DNA of 64,000 nt, from NCBI GenBank assembly GCA_965222605.1, contig OZ244960.1, positions 1,792,001 through 1,856,000 on the forward strand. The letters run 5' to 3'. The position numbers and the translations under genes are program-made. Positions 61,932 through 64,000 of the stretch are shown piece by piece (position 1 is the stretch's first letter; the number at the start of each line of letters is the position of its first letter). The notes beneath the pieces are model-generated. The model was not told the DNA's origin, made no database searches, and saw only the letters and a list, made by a program, of their open reading frames with translations. This DNA is from Candidatus Latescibacterota bacterium (GTDB taxonomy: Bacteria > Latescibacterota > UBA2968).

Positions 61932-62738
61932 TCATTCCCCCAACGCGCTCGACCGCTCTGTCGCAGCCAAAACAGCATCCATCAAAGCGGCGCGCAAACC
62001 GCCCTGCTCCAACGCGTGCAAACCCGCAATAGTCGTCCCACCCGCCGACGTCACCCGATCTTTCAAAATTGCCGGATGTTCGCCGCTCTCGGCAACCATA
62101 CGCGCCGCCCCCAACACGGTCTGCGCCGCCAGTGTCAACGCCATATCTTTTGATAAACCCGACCGCACCCCACCATCTGCCAGCGCATCGATTATCGCGT
62201 ACACATATGCAGGCCCGCTGCCCGCAAGACCAGTCACCGCATCCATCTGCGATTCTGAAACAACGACTGCCGCGCCAACTGCGTTGAACAAAGACAGCAC
62301 CAGACTCAGGTGATCTTCACCCACATGCGTGCCAGCACATACCCCCGAACCCGCAGCACCGACCTGCGCCAGAATATTGGGCATCACGCGAACGACGGGC
62401 AATGAACCCAATTCCGCTTCCAATGCTGCAATTCGCACACCCGCCATGAAGGAAATAATCACCTGATCACCGTGCAACAAATCCCGAAATCCCACAACGG
62501 TTTGCTTCCAGAACTGCGGCTTCACACCCAACACCACAATATCCTGATGGCCCACTACTTCGCGCGCATCCACTGCAACATGGATCCCCAACTCGCGCCT
62601 TCTCTGATCCAATACCTCAGCAATCAGATCCACCGCCGTGATATTTTCAGGCGCGATCTCTCCCGACCGAATCCAACCGGCCATTAGCGCGCCCCCCATA
62701 TTGCCTGCACCAATAACAGCAATTTTTTTATTTTTCAT
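61932..62738 (-). CDS. proC: Pyrroline-5-carboxylate reductase
   Basis: GAGNMG, VKP, RVMPN, GSGPAY, VTS.GGTT. Confidence 0.96.
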   Translation of the reverse strand: MKNKKIAVIGAGNMGGALMAGWIRSGEIAPENITAVDLIAEVLDQRRRELGIHVAVDAREVVGHQDIVVLGVKPQFWKQTVVGFRDLLHGDQVIISFMAGVRIAALEAELGSLPVVRVMPNILAQVGAAGSGVCAGTHVGEDHLSLVLSLFNAVGAAVVVSESQMDAVTGLAGSGPAYVYAIIDALADGGVRSGLSKDMALTLAAQTVLGAARMVAESGEHPAILKDRVTSAGGTTIAGLHALEQGGLRAALMDAVLAATERSSALGE

Positions 62739-62765
62739 AGCAATCAGCTTTTTTTTCTTACCTCA

Positions 62766-63686
62766 TCAAACATACGTCAACCAGCCGTGCTTGTCTTCTG
62801 CACGCCCTTCCACAACGGAAAAAAAGGCGTCCTGTAACTTCCTTGTGATTTCGCCCCGAGAACCACAGCCGATATCGATATGATCAATAGCCGTGACAGG
62901 CGTGATCTCTGCCGCACTACCCGTAAAAAATACCTCGTCCGCAATGTACAGGGACTCCCTTGGAATCGGTCGCGCCGTCACCCTATGTCCCAAATCTCGG
63001 GCAAGTGTAATAACCGAATGGCGCGTAATACCGGGCAAAATAGACGACCCGGTGGAAGGCGTGTAAATTTGCCCATTCTTCGCCATAAAAATATTCTCGC
63101 CGCTGCCTTCGCTCACATAACCCTGTGTATCCAGAGCAATGCCCTCGGCATATCCATCGGCCATCGCCTCCATTTTAATCAGTTGTGCGTTCATGTAATT
63201 CGCCGCCACCTTGGCCAGCGAAGGCATGGTATTGGGCGCCAGGCGATTCCACGACGCAAACCGAACCGACACGCCTTTTTCCAGAGCTTCTGGACCCAGG
63301 TACTTGCCCCATTCCCACACCGCGATCACCACCTCGATCGGGCATGGCATTGGGTTGACCGCCAATTCGCCAAATCCCCGGAAAACCACAGGTCTGATAT
63401 AACACGCTTGCAAGTTGTTAATCCGAATCGTCTCCAAAATGGCCTCTTCCAGCTCATCTTCCGTATAGGGAATTTCCATGCGATAAATTTTAGCAGAATC
63501 GTAAAGCCTTTTCACATGATCTCGAAGCCTGAAACACGCCGGTCCTCTGGCGGTCTGATAACATCGTATCCCCTCAAAAATACTCGAACCGTAATGCACC
63601 ACATGGGACAACACGTGAATTTTGGCATCGTCCCAACCCACAAAATTCCCATTAAACCAGATCTTGTCTGACTTTGAAATGGGCAT
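62766..63686 (-). CDS. ilvE: Branched-chain amino acid aminotransferase
   Basis: HYGS..FEGIR.Y, YIRP, K..ANY, EGSGEN, LPGITR. Confidence 0.96.
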   Translation of the reverse strand: MPISKSDKIWFNGNFVGWDDAKIHVLSHVVHYGSSIFEGIRCYQTARGPACFRLRDHVKRLYDSAKIYRMEIPYTEDELEEAILETIRINNLQACYIRPVVFRGFGELAVNPMPCPIEVVIAVWEWGKYLGPEALEKGVSVRFASWNRLAPNTMPSLAKVAANYMNAQLIKMEAMADGYAEGIALDTQGYVSEGSGENIFMAKNGQIYTPSTGSSILPGITRHSVITLARDLGHRVTARPIPRESLYIADEVFFTGSAAEITPVTAIDHIDIGCGSRGEITRKLQDAFFSVVEGRAEDKHGWLTYV

Positions 63687-63707
63687 AAGAAAACCCTTTC
63701 TATAAAA

Positions 63708-64000
63708 CTATCTCATAGCCAATGCGCGGCAAATCCGTTCAAATCCATCTATTGATATGGTTTCAGGACGCGCTCGACCATCGATATTCACTTCCATCAA
63801 AATCTCGTCATCTATAAGGCCAGCAAGTGCGTTGCGCACCATTTTCCTCCGCTGCTGAAATGCGGCGCGCACCACGCCAAACAAACGCCTTTCATCTACA
63901 ATATCATAAGCAGAATTCGCTTCAAAATCCAGCATCAACACAGAAGAATGCACTTTGGGCGGCGGATAAAAATGCGCGGGAGGCAGATCAAACAACTGTT
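63708..64000 (-). CDS. rsmA: 16S rRNA dimethyladenosine transferase, 3' part
   Basis: F.PPPKV.S, AAFQQRRK..RNAL, RARPE; runs off the window edge. Confidence 0.9.
   Translation of the reverse strand, partial: QLFDLPPAHFYPPPKVHSSVLMLDFEANSAYDIVDERRLFGVVRAAFQQRRKMVRNALAGLIDDEILMEVNIDGRARPETISIDGFERICRALAMR

Overview
Bacterial chromosomal segment (~50% GC by eye) with most genes on the minus strand. The housekeeping backbone comprises argJ (partial), an ilvN-leuA-leuCD-cimA-aminotransferase operon with a candidate Leu/Ile/Val-rich leader peptide, cusCBA plus a metallochaperone, pdxA, a frameshifted RND pump, a selenocysteine-containing NAD-linked formate dehydrogenase, thiOSG-thiE/tenI-thiD-thiE and thiC under two back-to-back TPP riboswitches, an MltF-like enzyme, valS, recO, ftsB, proB, hisFH, proC, ilvE and rsmA (partial). 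Accessory DNA includes an ABC-type (AAA_21) ATPase + DUF4276/TOPRIM-like pair, a translationally coupled nuclease-like/TPR-like/unknown three-gene cassette, a tandem array of lipoproteins built from a shared leader module fused to a LivJ-like domain, a complete IS5-family element, and GTAG-type REPs. The most unusual signals read directly from the DNA are (i) a short hairpin element (core GCGGTGTACAACYGCG) found inside three reading frames without breaking them, plus an unrelated 63-bp in-frame hairpin insertion; (ii) the nuclease-TPR-unknown cassette; (iii) the modular lipoprotein array; and (iv) an unannotated 25-aa membrane peptide after the RND pump. Family calls come from motif recognition by eye; no database search was run.
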